Shown: positions 1 through 10,044 of the stretch, in pieces
Layout: each line of letters begins with the position of its first letter
How positions within the stretch are numbered: position 1 is the stretch's first letter
NCBI GenBank assembly: GCA_963841565.1
Contig: CAWJCY010000004.1
Location: 1 to 64,000, forward strand
DNA from: an uncultured Nitrososphaerales archaeon
GTDB lineage: Archaea; Thermoproteota; Nitrososphaeria; Nitrososphaerales; Nitrososphaeraceae
Length of the DNA: 64,000 bases
Direction of reading: 5' to 3'
Notes under the pieces: generated by a model
Told to the model about the DNA's origin: nothing
The model's database searches: none
The model's input: only the letters and a program-made list of their open reading frames with translations
Program-made: the position numbers and the translations under genes

Positions 1-578
1 TAATCGGTATAACAATTACTGAGGCTATGTTCGCGTTAAGATTTTACGCCCACGGTATCAGCATATCAAAATTTTCAAGCAATCCGGGAAATTTATCAGC
101 TCGTCCCTCTTAACTTCTGAACAAATTTTTCGATTGATTGTCTCACTTCACCTAAGAGTTCTTTCAATTCTTTCTAGTCAACCCGATCTCTTCTAATAGT
201 TTCTAGTTCACTGTTATAATACTTCATCCAAGAATATGATCTTTGTCAAGAAAGGAGATGATAACGTGAAAAATAACTTTGGCTCCACCTATACTCTTGA
301 ATATCATGTAAATACAACCAAAGAGATAACGGTGCTTGAATTGAATGATGAAGTGAAATACATCTTGGTAGCCATCACAGCACGAATACGGTATAAGAGT
401 TGCCAAGCATCGTACGCAAACAGTTGAACCCATTAATGCGCTATCAGCTTTTAGACCTTTAATGCTTTCAGGATAAATAAAATTAATCCAAGACTTTGTA
501 TGTTCAATGCAATTTTATATAGACGATATAGCGATTGCTGATCAATATCTTGAAACCGTCATCAGAAACGATTGCAAC

Positions 579-983
579 CTAGGAAGAGACTTGTTCAATC
601 TCTTCGGTTCTTGATTCAAGGGTCTTATCTAATGCAGATACTGGGATGGGTTCGGTCTTCGCCTTTGTAGGTCTGACCCTAAGATATGAACCATCTAGGA
701 TAAAATTTACCTCTCTTCTCAGAACTTCACTTCCAAAACCCACATAAATCTCAGAGGAGTCAGACCGCTCATTCGAATCATCACCAAAATTACCGTAGAA
801 TTTCTCGGCCAAAATATCGAATTCCCTCATTAGCTCTATTCCCATTAATTCAGGTTCTTCATCTGAGAATATATCTATCCGTCTCTTTCTATTTGCCGAT
901 TCTAATAGTCGGTTACCACTGTAGATACCACTATAAAGGCCAAAATAAAGGTTGTCGGGCATAGATTGAGTTTGAATAGTCAA
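579..983 (-). CDS. hypothetical protein (134 aa)
   Basis: ORF with plausible acidic composition; no recognisable motif. Confidence 0.45.
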   Translation of the reverse strand: MTIQTQSMPDNLYFGLYSGIYSGNRLLESANRKRRIDIFSDEEPELMGIELMREFDILAEKFYGNFGDDSNERSDSSEIYVGFGSEVLRREVNFILDGSYLRVRPTKAKTEPIPVSALDKTLESRTEEIEQVSS

Positions 984-1860
984 AAACTACTCACTAATTT
1001 ACGTACATAAATAGAAATTCTCTACTTCTAGAATTTGACCTACTGGAATATGTGATTCTAAATGATCTAAAAACGAAATGGCCATCAGATTGAATTGCAT
1101 ACAGGGATCGTCGATAATCGAAACAGATACCATAGAGGTAGGTAGGTGACACTATCGGTACCCTGGTTGCCTGCCTTTTCAGTTCATACTAATATAATAC
1201 TAAGATAAAGATGAAATTTGCGCGCAGAATGCTATTTGTTCACCGACGACAAGTAATCGTATTTCGAAATTTCTTTTTCTAGGCCGGGTGTCATTTCGGT
1301 AAATTTTGAGATTTTATGGACAGGTTTTGCTCGCGATAAATAGCATTACTCGTCTCCTCTATTTAGTTCCTTTGATTTTGCTGCCCATCCAATTATAATA
1401 TGTGCAACTATGCGATCTTACTGCCAAATACATGATTTTATTATATATTCTGCGGATATTTCGCAGACATAGACTACCAAAAGGCGGCTGGGCGACTAAA
1501 GTGCCCTACACCGTGTCTTATACGGTCGCCTGCCTTTTTCAACCAATCTCTTACCTTAAGTATCTTCACTAAAGGAAGTACATAACAGGTTCGCAGGGAT
1601 TCGTTTAAGTTGACGTCTTCTGCGCGTATACCATGCACTTCTATTGCGTGATTGGCACCATCCTTCAGGAATTCTTCCTATGTTTTCCCTTCTATAATAA
1701 AATCGCAAACCAGGCCAGATTCTCGACACATCAGAACATGCATCAATATTGCTAAACATTGAGGAATCTAGTTGGAAGCATCGAAAGTTTGGGAATAGGT
1801 CGCCTGTAAACGAAGAACGTCCGATTAAACCTTAAAAGAGAGAGATATCCATTAATATTT

Positions 1861-2535
1861 ATGCAAAAAGATAAATCTTATATGAATAAGCCATTCCATT
1901 TAGGAAAATTTGATACTTATGTAGGTTCGGTGCATCACAAAGAACAGATTAGACGGACGTATGGATGGGATTGTCCATATCAGGACTACGAATCTAATCG
2001 ACATTATAACACACAGAGGCATATCAACTTGACTCATGGAAACGGTTCGGGGGAACCAGTCGATCATATGACTGGAGAAACTAGAGAGGAGAAGCGAAGA
2101 GTTTCAGGTGAGAGTCTCAATCAGTCCAGGAATGTGAGTGTGTATCGCAGCTCTCGTACTATTTCTCCGGCTGTAAAATATCCGGACACTATTTCACCAT
2201 CGGTTGGCCCCAATCCTATTAGAATGCCATACTTGGAGGCTCAAGAAATGAGGGCCAAGGAGCTTGGTTGCCCTATTAGAGCGCAACCTCCTAATGGTTT
2301 TCCACCACTCCCTGGCGGATCAGTTGGTTGGGGGAATGTCATGAATCCTCATTACAGAAAGAATCTTTCTATTGATTTTGTTGGGAATAAAGCAGTTCCC
2401 TCCTTATCGAATGCCAATCTGATGCATGAACCATATTACCCTCTCGAAGCCAGTGTTAGCCCCATAAATGGACCCCTTGCTATACCCATTAAAATCTTGC
2501 TCGACTATGCGAGGCTTCGGAAATGTCTTAGATAA
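1861..2535 (+). CDS. hypothetical protein with degenerate C2H2-type zinc finger and Pro-rich tail
   Basis: WDCPYQDYESNRHYNTQRHINLTH matches C-x2-(C>Q)-x12-H-x4-H spacing. Confidence 0.55.
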   Translation: MQKDKSYMNKPFHLGKFDTYVGSVHHKEQIRRTYGWDCPYQDYESNRHYNTQRHINLTHGNGSGEPVDHMTGETREEKRRVSGESLNQSRNVSVYRSSRTISPAVKYPDTISPSVGPNPIRMPYLEAQEMRAKELGCPIRAQPPNGFPPLPGGSVGWGNVMNPHYRKNLSIDFVGNKAVPSLSNANLMHEPYYPLEASVSPINGPLAIPIKILLDYARLRKCLR

Positions 2536-2777
2536 TTTGAAACGTAGAAATTCATTGAAACGATGCTAGATATGCACCGTAGGTACTCTTATAATTTTAA
2601 GATATTTTAAGTGGCTTAGGGGAGCCTTGACCTATCTTAGCACGAATATCCGTAGTTGTCTCTCCATTACCGGTGGGAATATTCTATAGAATAGCATGGG
2701 ATTGAAGCGACCTGTCTATATGATTTAGACAATGATATTTCAGGCAGTTTTTCTTGTGATTCAGTTGGAAGTGGTTT

Positions 2778-2816
2778 GTGAGTTGCTCATGAGCAACTCA
2801 CGAGCAACTCATGAGC
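2778..2816. repeat. 24-bp perfect palindrome plus an extra GAGCAACTCA copy
   Basis: GTGAGTTGCTCATGAGCAACTCAC (2778-2801) equals its own reverse complement; followed by GAGCAACTCATGAGC. Confidence 0.9.
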
Positions 2817-2999
2817 GCCATTGATGCGAAAGCATTGCCGTATCGTTCAAAACAGTAAGGCGCCAAAAGATTACTCTCGTGTATTTTAACATGAGTTTTT
2901 TCCAGTGTCTTCGACTATGGGTATAAGTTGTGCCTCGTACTTTGCCCATGTACCTGATTCCATCTAGCGCGTCTCCACAAGATGTAACCTATTCTTCAG

Positions 3000-3074
3000 T
3001 GGGCCGGGTCGGATTCGAACCAACGACCCCCGCCATGTCAAGGCGGTATCTTAACCAGGCTGGACCACCGGCCC
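3000..3074 (-). tRNA. tRNA-Val (GAC)
   Basis: Reverse complement folds as a cloverleaf: acceptor GGGCCGG/CCGGCCC, anticodon arm CCGCC-TTGACAT-GGCGG, T-loop GTTCGAATC. Confidence 0.96.
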
Positions 3075-3204
3075 TCTTGTGATTTTCAAAGCCCGGCCTA
3101 AATATATGTTCTCAGAAAAGCATAGGATAATCTTGAGGTAGCCGAGACAATCTGTACTAACAGTATAAATCTCGCTGGTTGTTGCTAAGATTGATCAATC
3201 CGTA

Positions 3205-3939
3205 TTGAACACTTCTCAGAATTCCTTTGTTCAGTATGAAAAAGATGCAGTGTATAAGGCAATCTTTTCTCGTAGGGATGTTCGGACAAAATTTCTGAAT
3301 AAGAAAATACCAGGAAACATTTTGGCTAGAATCCTTAATGCTGCTCATCATGCTCCATCTGTGGGGTTCTCTCAGCCATGGGACTTTATTCTAGTTAGCG
3401 ACATGAAGCTCAGAGAAAGGATAAAACAGTCATTTTTAGAGGAATTTAAGAAATCTGTCAGCATGCTCGAATCTGACCAAGAAAGACAACGTAAGTACAC
3501 CTCACTAAAGCTCGAAGGAATTTTGGAATCCTCACTAAACATTTGTATTACATATGATCCGGAAAGATTTGGGCCTTTTGTGCTTGGTAGAACATCTATC
3601 TCGGAGACGGGCGTGTACAGCGTTTGCTGTGCCATCCAAAATCTCTGGCTTGCAGCTCGGGCTGAGGGTTTGGGCATGGGTTGGGTGAGCATCGTCTCAA
3701 ATTGTAAAATCCGTGAAATACTTGAAATACCTAAACATGTTTCGCCAGTTGCCTATTTATGTTTAGGTTATGTAAGCGAGTTTGAAGAAACACCTGACCT
3801 AGAGCGCTCGGGCTGGCTGCAGAGACTGAATTTAGAAGATGTTGTTTGTTATGAGAAATGGCGTGTCCGCAAATCTGAAAAATGGTCCGAAACGAGGGAT
3901 GAAATCACGATGACAGATTTCAACAAAAATGTAAAGTGA
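3205..3939 (+). CDS. bluB: 5,6-dimethylbenzimidazole synthase (nitroreductase fold)
   Basis: SRRDVR, AHHAPSVGFSQPW, LKLEGI, SVCCAIQNLWLAARAEGLGMGWVS motifs. Confidence 0.92.
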   Translation: MNTSQNSFVQYEKDAVYKAIFSRRDVRTKFLNKKIPGNILARILNAAHHAPSVGFSQPWDFILVSDMKLRERIKQSFLEEFKKSVSMLESDQERQRKYTSLKLEGILESSLNICITYDPERFGPFVLGRTSISETGVYSVCCAIQNLWLAARAEGLGMGWVSIVSNCKIREILEIPKHVSPVAYLCLGYVSEFEETPDLERSGWLQRLNLEDVVCYEKWRVRKSEKWSETRDEITMTDFNKNVK

Positions 3940-4033
3940 ATACGCATGGCTCATAGCTCATGCAACTTAGGCAGGATTATTATCGCAGTTGCACTTTAAA
4001 TTCAAAAACGAATAACAATATGGTAAATAGAAG

Positions 4034-6427
4034 ATGAGTCATTTAAGTGATGAACCCAGGCCATTTAGCCTTTATTATAATGATCTAGCGAGATGGCTCT
4101 TCATCACTCTTACGTTCAGCGGATTACTTGCAACAGGATGGTTTGGAATACCATTAACTCCTACGTACCTCACAACGAATCAAGTTGACATCGTTGCAGC
4201 AATACTAACGCTGATGAGTGCTTTAGGAACTATCTGGGGTGCTATGGGTTATCGCGAATTGACTAGATCTGCTGAGAGAGTATTATTAGCCAACTATAAG
4301 GCGAAGCAACTTGATCCTCAAATTGGAGATTATCAGTATCGGTCATTCAATCCAGAAACCAAGCAATATGAAACTGGGTATCTCCCATTAGGACCGATCG
4401 ACTTCTGGGACAAAGAAACTAAGGCTCCAAGTTGGCTTGATAAAGGTAAATATTGGCATATACTATTGGGTCTCCAATCTAAAAACAGGGATATAATAAT
4501 TCAGGTTGTCCGTGACAGCGAACTCCCCTTTTCGAGTGGACGTAGAAATGTTGCCGTTACCATTAAAGAAAGAATTGCATCATTAACTTCACAACGCAGC
4601 AAACGACGATACTTCAGATATAGGGTAAAAATTCCTCAATGGTTAGTAATGAACACAGAAAGATCAAGGTATATCGACCCCAGAGAATTTCAATCGTTAG
4701 AGGGTCAGGAAATTAGAGCCAAAATAACAGACCTAAATAAAGCGTTAGTAAGCGCCGCGGAGGAGGTCATAGAACGAGAGAAACCGAGAATTAAATATCC
4801 GTACTTGATAACAACCCTTGGTATCTATCTAAATAAGAGTTTGCCTCTGAGAATAATTTACGACGAAGTCGGTCGCTATTTCCCACGTTCAAAAAAGAAC
4901 TTTATAAATGATATCAACAAGAATCTAGCAAATGCCAAGAATGAGGAACTGATCGCCGCCATAATTCAGGTTGCTTCTGATCGAGGTATTCTTCCAAACA
5001 GCATTCGCAAAATAAGGACGCTGATAAATTTCTTGGCTAACGCTTATGACAACCAAGGTTTAGGCGAGGGCTCGACAGAGTATCACAATTTTCACCATAG
5101 TCTAGAGGTATCGTATATGGTTTTGCAAATGTTACCCAGAGATTTTCATGGATTTGTATTTACCGAAAAGGACTACGAATTCATTCTTGTTTCAGCTCTG
5201 TTACATGACTATGATCCGGTCCAATCAACATTTGTTACAACGGCTACGAACGATAACAGGGCACCGCCGGTATCTGTCAAGGGACCAAAAGTTAGCAGGA
5301 CGATCAATGAACTCAAAAAAAGTAGAATTCATGAAGCGTATTTTATGTTGAATCCGTCTGAATTTGAAGAGTATTTTAGGGATCGCTCACACACTCCGAA
5401 GACTCCAGCCGAATTTTCAACGACCCATCCAGAGTATTTGCGATCAGCGGCATACGAAAGAACAAAGGAGAGCCTATTGGTAGAATCACTTATTTGGCAT
5501 ACTGATTTTCCTTACTCCACGTCACAACAGGCACACAAAGCATTCTCAAGTACCTTGAAAGATCTGTCTGTTAAAGGATATAATTCAGATAAGATTAGTC
5601 TCCTTGCAGAAATACTCTGGTTAGCTGACCTATCGGTTACTTATATGAGCTCAGATCCAATTCGGGCATGGGATAGAGTTACAAGTCTTTATGACGAATT
5701 GTATCTGCCCAAGCTTGAAGCCGTCTCTCGAACTGACGCTTTCTTTGCAGATTTTGCAGAGACGAGATTATTCAAAGAATTGCTGGGCAGTAAAACCTTC
5801 CCAGACGTGTTTAGACAAAGATGGAATTTGGTTTATCAGTTTTTTCATGAAGGTAATCCCTCAACTCAACTGAATCGGACGATTGCCGATGCAAAAAAAT
5901 TATTCTTAAAAGTAAATGTCCAGCTCGCAATGATGAATGGGCAGATGCTAGAACAGGTTGCCATAGACCATTGGGCCGAATATTTTATTGGCGTAAGCGA
6001 CGACCAGCAGGAAGTTCTTCGAGCTAAAAATCGATTTGCGATGTTGGATCCTCCAAATGCATCTGCATTTTGGGGGAGTACTCCAAAATTAATTCCAAAT
6101 GTAATTGATAAGGTGATAGATAATTTCATTATTGTCTTGCCTAAGAATGCACTGGATCAAACTGAGGATTCTAATCACATCACCTCCTTCAAAGCTTTAC
6201 TATCGATTATGAAACCTAAGCTTCGTGATGAAGGCACAATACAGATTTTGACCAATACGAAGGAATATACAGAGCATCAAAGTGAGATTATGTTTCTTCT
6301 TAGAGACTGCGGGTTCGATATGATCACAGATGAAAAATATAAGGTATATTTTCCAAACAAATCGCAAGGATCCCGGGTACCCGACAATGACAAGGTAATA
6401 TTACTTAGAAGAAGGGACCCATCTTAA
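4034..6427 (+). CDS. membrane-anchored HD-domain (class I PDE-like) protein with C-terminal degenerate methyltransferase-like domain
   Basis: Two N-terminal hydrophobic helices; YHNFHHSLEV, SALLHDYDP, LADLS motifs; tail follows TrmB-like Rossmann pattern. Confidence 0.7.
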   Translation: MSHLSDEPRPFSLYYNDLARWLFITLTFSGLLATGWFGIPLTPTYLTTNQVDIVAAILTLMSALGTIWGAMGYRELTRSAERVLLANYKAKQLDPQIGDYQYRSFNPETKQYETGYLPLGPIDFWDKETKAPSWLDKGKYWHILLGLQSKNRDIIIQVVRDSELPFSSGRRNVAVTIKERIASLTSQRSKRRYFRYRVKIPQWLVMNTERSRYIDPREFQSLEGQEIRAKITDLNKALVSAAEEVIEREKPRIKYPYLITTLGIYLNKSLPLRIIYDEVGRYFPRSKKNFINDINKNLANAKNEELIAAIIQVASDRGILPNSIRKIRTLINFLANAYDNQGLGEGSTEYHNFHHSLEVSYMVLQMLPRDFHGFVFTEKDYEFILVSALLHDYDPVQSTFVTTATNDNRAPPVSVKGPKVSRTINELKKSRIHEAYFMLNPSEFEEYFRDRSHTPKTPAEFSTTHPEYLRSAAYERTKESLLVESLIWHTDFPYSTSQQAHKAFSSTLKDLSVKGYNSDKISLLAEILWLADLSVTYMSSDPIRAWDRVTSLYDELYLPKLEAVSRTDAFFADFAETRLFKELLGSKTFPDVFRQRWNLVYQFFHEGNPSTQLNRTIADAKKLFLKVNVQLAMMNGQMLEQVAIDHWAEYFIGVSDDQQEVLRAKNRFAMLDPPNASAFWGSTPKLIPNVIDKVIDNFIIVLPKNALDQTEDSNHITSFKALLSIMKPKLRDEGTIQILTNTKEYTEHQSEIMFLLRDCGFDMITDEKYKVYFPNKSQGSRVPDNDKVILLRRRDPS

Positions 6428-6571
6428 ACCGTTTGTCACCAATCAATATGTGGATGGAGTGCTTGAAAAATTGTTATCAAATTTCAATCTCTATGGACCT
6501 GTAATTGGGCGGTATGATTTGCCTTTAAAATATTGTAATTAATGTATGCATTTTTATTGCCAGAGAATTGA

Positions 6572-7615
6572 ATGACATTAACAAAACTCGATGGGAGTCA
6601 GGACATATTTATGATATCGATCGACAATCAGAAAATAATCAGAATAATCGAAGAGAGGAAGCCAAAATCTATTGCGTTGGATGGGCCCGATGGATTGATG
6701 TCTAAGATTCAGGAAACGGCAGATATTATCGCAGAAAAATTCGAAATTCCAATCTACATAATTGGAGATACTTGTTGGGGCTCTTGCGACCTTAATGCTC
6801 ATGCGGCCGACGTGCTCGGAGCAGAAATTCTCTTTAACATAGGGCATACGATCTCGATGGATGGTTTTGGAAAAGAGATCGTCATGATAGACGCATATGA
6901 GGATCTGCCCTTTGATGGGGTTGCAAGACGATTGGCAGCAGAACTTCTAAGCAGAAATTATAGGAAGATATCACTACTGACAATTAGCCAACATTTACAA
7001 CAGCTTGAGAACGTTGGCAGAATCTTTGAACAGTCAGGCATAAGTGTGGTAATAGGGAGTGGTAGGGGCCAGCTTAACGATGGACAGGTTTTTGGCTGTG
7101 AATTTTACCCTGCTCATAGTAAGATGGATAAAATAGATTGCTATGTATTTTTAGGTCAAAGTACTTTCCATTCGGCCGGGGTAGCGTTATCGACTGGGAA
7201 ACAAACATTTATGCTTGATCCGTACTTTCAGGAATACACTGAAGTAAGTAGTGTAGCCGAGGAATTGCATAGCAAAGCGATTCTATCAATCTATAAAGCA
7301 GCCGACGCACAAGCAATTGGGATCATCATTGGCATAAAAGATGGTCAGTTTGCAAAGACTCGGGCTTTGGAACTAAAAAAAGAGTTTGAAAAAGTGGGAA
7401 TGAAGGTGAGGTTGATTGGATTGACTGAAATAACAGAAGAAAGATTGCAGATATTTAGGCACATTGATGCTTTTGTACAGGTCGCATGTCCGAGAATCGG
7501 AATCGATAATCATTTTAAGAAGCCTATGCTTTCGGTACCCCAGGCAAGAGCTTTAATCAGGATTTTGAAGAAAGAACCAGTTGACGAGATTTTTCGTCTC
7601 AGCCATTGGCTGTAA
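6572..7615 (+). CDS. dph2: diphthamide biosynthesis enzyme Dph2
   Basis: CWGSCD, GQVFGCEF, QVACPRI Fe-S cysteine motifs. Confidence 0.95.
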   Translation: MTLTKLDGSQDIFMISIDNQKIIRIIEERKPKSIALDGPDGLMSKIQETADIIAEKFEIPIYIIGDTCWGSCDLNAHAADVLGAEILFNIGHTISMDGFGKEIVMIDAYEDLPFDGVARRLAAELLSRNYRKISLLTISQHLQQLENVGRIFEQSGISVVIGSGRGQLNDGQVFGCEFYPAHSKMDKIDCYVFLGQSTFHSAGVALSTGKQTFMLDPYFQEYTEVSSVAEELHSKAILSIYKAADAQAIGIIIGIKDGQFAKTRALELKKEFEKVGMKVRLIGLTEITEERLQIFRHIDAFVQVACPRIGIDNHFKKPMLSVPQARALIRILKKEPVDEIFRLSHWL

Positions 7616-7747
7616 GCTCCATGCCTATGGCATTACGTGATTGTACGCTAGCCGGCTATGTGGCAATCTAGAGATTTGATAATTTGATTAATATCAATAT
7701 GCGATTTGGAAAGCATGAAAATAACAGGTACAAACTGAAGTGTTATT

Positions 7748-8062
7748 GGAGACAGCCTACTGGTTCCAGTAAAGGTCCAAAGCCCCCTCTCAAGCCTTGC
7801 AAGATCTGCCACGTAGACGTGCCAGCATGATCATGCAATCTTAGGGTTGCTCCCTCCCGGACCTCACCCATTTCGACAATACACAGTCAAGACCATGCCT
7901 TCGCATGACATGCTGCTCATAACCATCCAGCACGGCATGACTTCATTTCAGCTAGGCAAGCAGGTACCTTGTACCAGTAGATTTACCCAGCAGTTGCTGA
8001 TCCCAGCATGAAGTCGGTTTCTGGTATGGGGCACGACTAACACCCCGATCCTCCCTGTCTCC
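7748..8062 (-). ncRNA. ffs: archaeal SRP RNA (7S)
   Basis: 315 nt; terminal helix GGAGACAG/CTGTCTCC; helix-8 motif GAGGTCCGGGAGGGAGCA on the minus strand; no ORF in the interval. Confidence 0.92.
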
Positions 8063-8122
8063 AATTATGTAATCCAGCATTAGATTATATTTATGTTAGT
8101 GTCATGCATTTTACTAAACCAT

Positions 8123-9055
8123 TTAACCCAGTGGTTTTAATTTCTCCTGAATCCTGCACACAGAGCAGATCTCCTCAGTGCTGTCTCGACCACATTTCTC
8201 GCATGCCTTTCTCATAATGGCAGGATCTACCCGGTTCCGAATAAGAGCCGAGATATCCATTATAGATTTGTAAGTATTGTATTTTATCCCGGGATGTGCT
8301 TTTTCCAAATCGTTGAGAAACTGTCGAATTTCTTCTCTTATGCTTTCATTCATGTAAGGACACTGCTCGCTTTGGAATGGGATTCCCTTTTGAAGTGCAT
8401 AGAACACAATTTCTCTTTCATATGTCTCAGAAAGGGGTTTGATCTTCTTCATGTAGCCCGTCTTGTAGATAGAAGAAGCCTGGTTCCATCCTATTCGATT
8501 TACATCGCCTGACAAGAGATTAATCATGAATGTTTGTACCTCGTCATCCAAGTTGTGTGCTGTCGCAACCACATTTGCCCCTATTTGTTCTGCTGCCAGG
8601 TCTATCGCTCTTCTACGAAATGTTCCACAAATTGAACAGGATGTTAATTTTGCTGATGGTCTAACCTTCATAGCTTCGTCCATGTGAGTTCCAAAGAGTT
8701 CATTATAGGAAAGGACAGTAAGCGGGACGCCTAGTTTGGAACAAAACTCTGATACTATCTTCAATGATTCATCTCGATATCCAGCTATACCTTCGTCAAT
8801 TGAAATCGCACTTATAGTAATTCCTCTGGAAACGTCAATTGTGGATTTGAGAATGCTTAATAGGACCAAGCTATCTTTCCCTCCCGACGTGGCTACCGCA
8901 ACATGATCCCCAAACTTAATCATTGAAAATTTGTTTATAGTTCGTTGCACCTTACGCTCTATAGAATTCATGAAGCATCTCTTGCAGAGCTTTTCCCCCG
9001 AATATTCTCTAAAATAGACTGAGGAGTTCTTGTTACATTTATTACATGTTTCCAT
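8123..9055 (-). CDS. ncsA: tRNA 2-thiolation PP-loop ATPase (NcsA/TtuA/Ncs6 family)
   Basis: SGGKDS PP-loop, CSICG, TAHNLDD, CPY, N- and C-terminal CxxC zinc fingers. Confidence 0.9.
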   Translation of the reverse strand: METCNKCNKNSSVYFREYSGEKLCKRCFMNSIERKVQRTINKFSMIKFGDHVAVATSGGKDSLVLLSILKSTIDVSRGITISAISIDEGIAGYRDESLKIVSEFCSKLGVPLTVLSYNELFGTHMDEAMKVRPSAKLTSCSICGTFRRRAIDLAAEQIGANVVATAHNLDDEVQTFMINLLSGDVNRIGWNQASSIYKTGYMKKIKPLSETYEREIVFYALQKGIPFQSEQCPYMNESIREEIRQFLNDLEKAHPGIKYNTYKSIMDISALIRNRVDPAIMRKACEKCGRDSTEEICSVCRIQEKLKPLG

Positions 9056-9271
9056 CTTTAATTAAGAGGCGAGCAAAGGCAGAGGGATGATATTTCTTAT
9101 TTAAGTCTTTTTGAATACCAACTTGGAGGCAGCCTGGTAACTAGTAAATGTCGAAAACAAAACAAATGTACAATTCTCGATAACCTCAGCCAACGATACC
9201 TAATTCAAGTGTAATAGACTCTAGTTTTGCTCGAACTATGAACCCAAGAACTTAACTCCGGCTATTCTTAA

Positions 9272-9493
9272 TTATTTTTGTTTATCTTTCTTTGAACTTT
9301 GCCACCAATCAAGGTAGTCGTTGTGAACTCGTTTTCTACCATCTCCAGTCTCATAATATTTTTCGGCCGCTTTGTCTCTTAGTTCGTCTAATTTTTCACT
9401 GGATACAAACAAACCACAACCCTTGCAAACAAAATTCTTACTAGGACTGTCAAATTTCATATCACCGCCGCACTCGGGACAAAACCTAGCCAA
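9272..9493 (-). CDS. small zinc-ribbon protein
   Basis: CPECGG...CKGCG; YLDWW tail. Confidence 0.8.
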   Translation of the reverse strand: MARFCPECGGDMKFDSPSKNFVCKGCGLFVSSEKLDELRDKAAEKYYETGDGRKRVHNDYLDWWQSSKKDKQK

Positions 9494-9626
9494 TCAGTTA
9501 CTAATTCTCCCACACACTAATAAAAGGATTATGTACTAAGCACTTTGTTTCAGTTCAAAAGGCTCACTCTTTACTGCAAATTATTTAGCATGAGTAATCG
9601 AAGTTGAGAGAAATAATTGATTATAA

Positions 9627-10037
9627 TCAATTTGGATAGATCAATATTTGCTCTCCGTCAGCATCTACGATTAATGCCTGGCTATTCCTGATAACCTGAT
9701 GGATGTTAAGGCATTTCAGGTGAACAGCCGGGATATTTGATATCGCACACCCAGAGGCCGTCGTTATATCCATCCTATTCGAAGATATGATAGCCAATGG
9801 GCCAGACGATTTCTTTTTCAAGGTGTACAGAACGTAAGCTCCTACACTGCTACCTACTGAATATGGAAAAACAAAAATCTTGTCCTTCAATGTCTGGCCA
9901 TAGAGGTTATGGTTTAGATCCTTGATCTCCCCACTCCCGGCGTCAATCATTGTAAGAAAATTTATTGGTGTATCTGATACCAAAGCTTCGCCTTCAGCGA
10001 ATCCCTTTACTATGCACTTGCACCCAACAACATACAT
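9627..10037 (-). CDS. aconitase X swivel subunit (DUF126); probable phosphomevalonate dehydratase small subunit
   Basis: GxAEGEALVS, VFPYSVGSSVG motif; adjacent to the DUF521 gene. Confidence 0.88.
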   Translation of the reverse strand: MYVVGCKCIVKGFAEGEALVSDTPINFLTMIDAGSGEIKDLNHNLYGQTLKDKIFVFPYSVGSSVGAYVLYTLKKKSSGPLAIISSNRMDITTASGCAISNIPAVHLKCLNIHQVIRNSQALIVDADGEQILIYPN

Positions 10038-10044
10038 AATTGAT

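Noticed and set aside
224-433. Small Cys-rich ORF (MGSTVCVRC...)
   Set aside because: May be a decayed zinc-ribbon gene, but later cysteines are missing and an opposite-strand ORF overlaps; cannot be supported
2778-2816. CRISPR array or mini-array
   Set aside because: Repeat units are only 10-12 bp with no spacers; no cas genes in the window
2820-2999. Split SSV-type integrase fragment next to tRNA-Val
   Set aside because: Only a 25-codon minus-strand ORF (MESGTWAKYEAQL...) with no R-H-R-Y motifs; too weak to call
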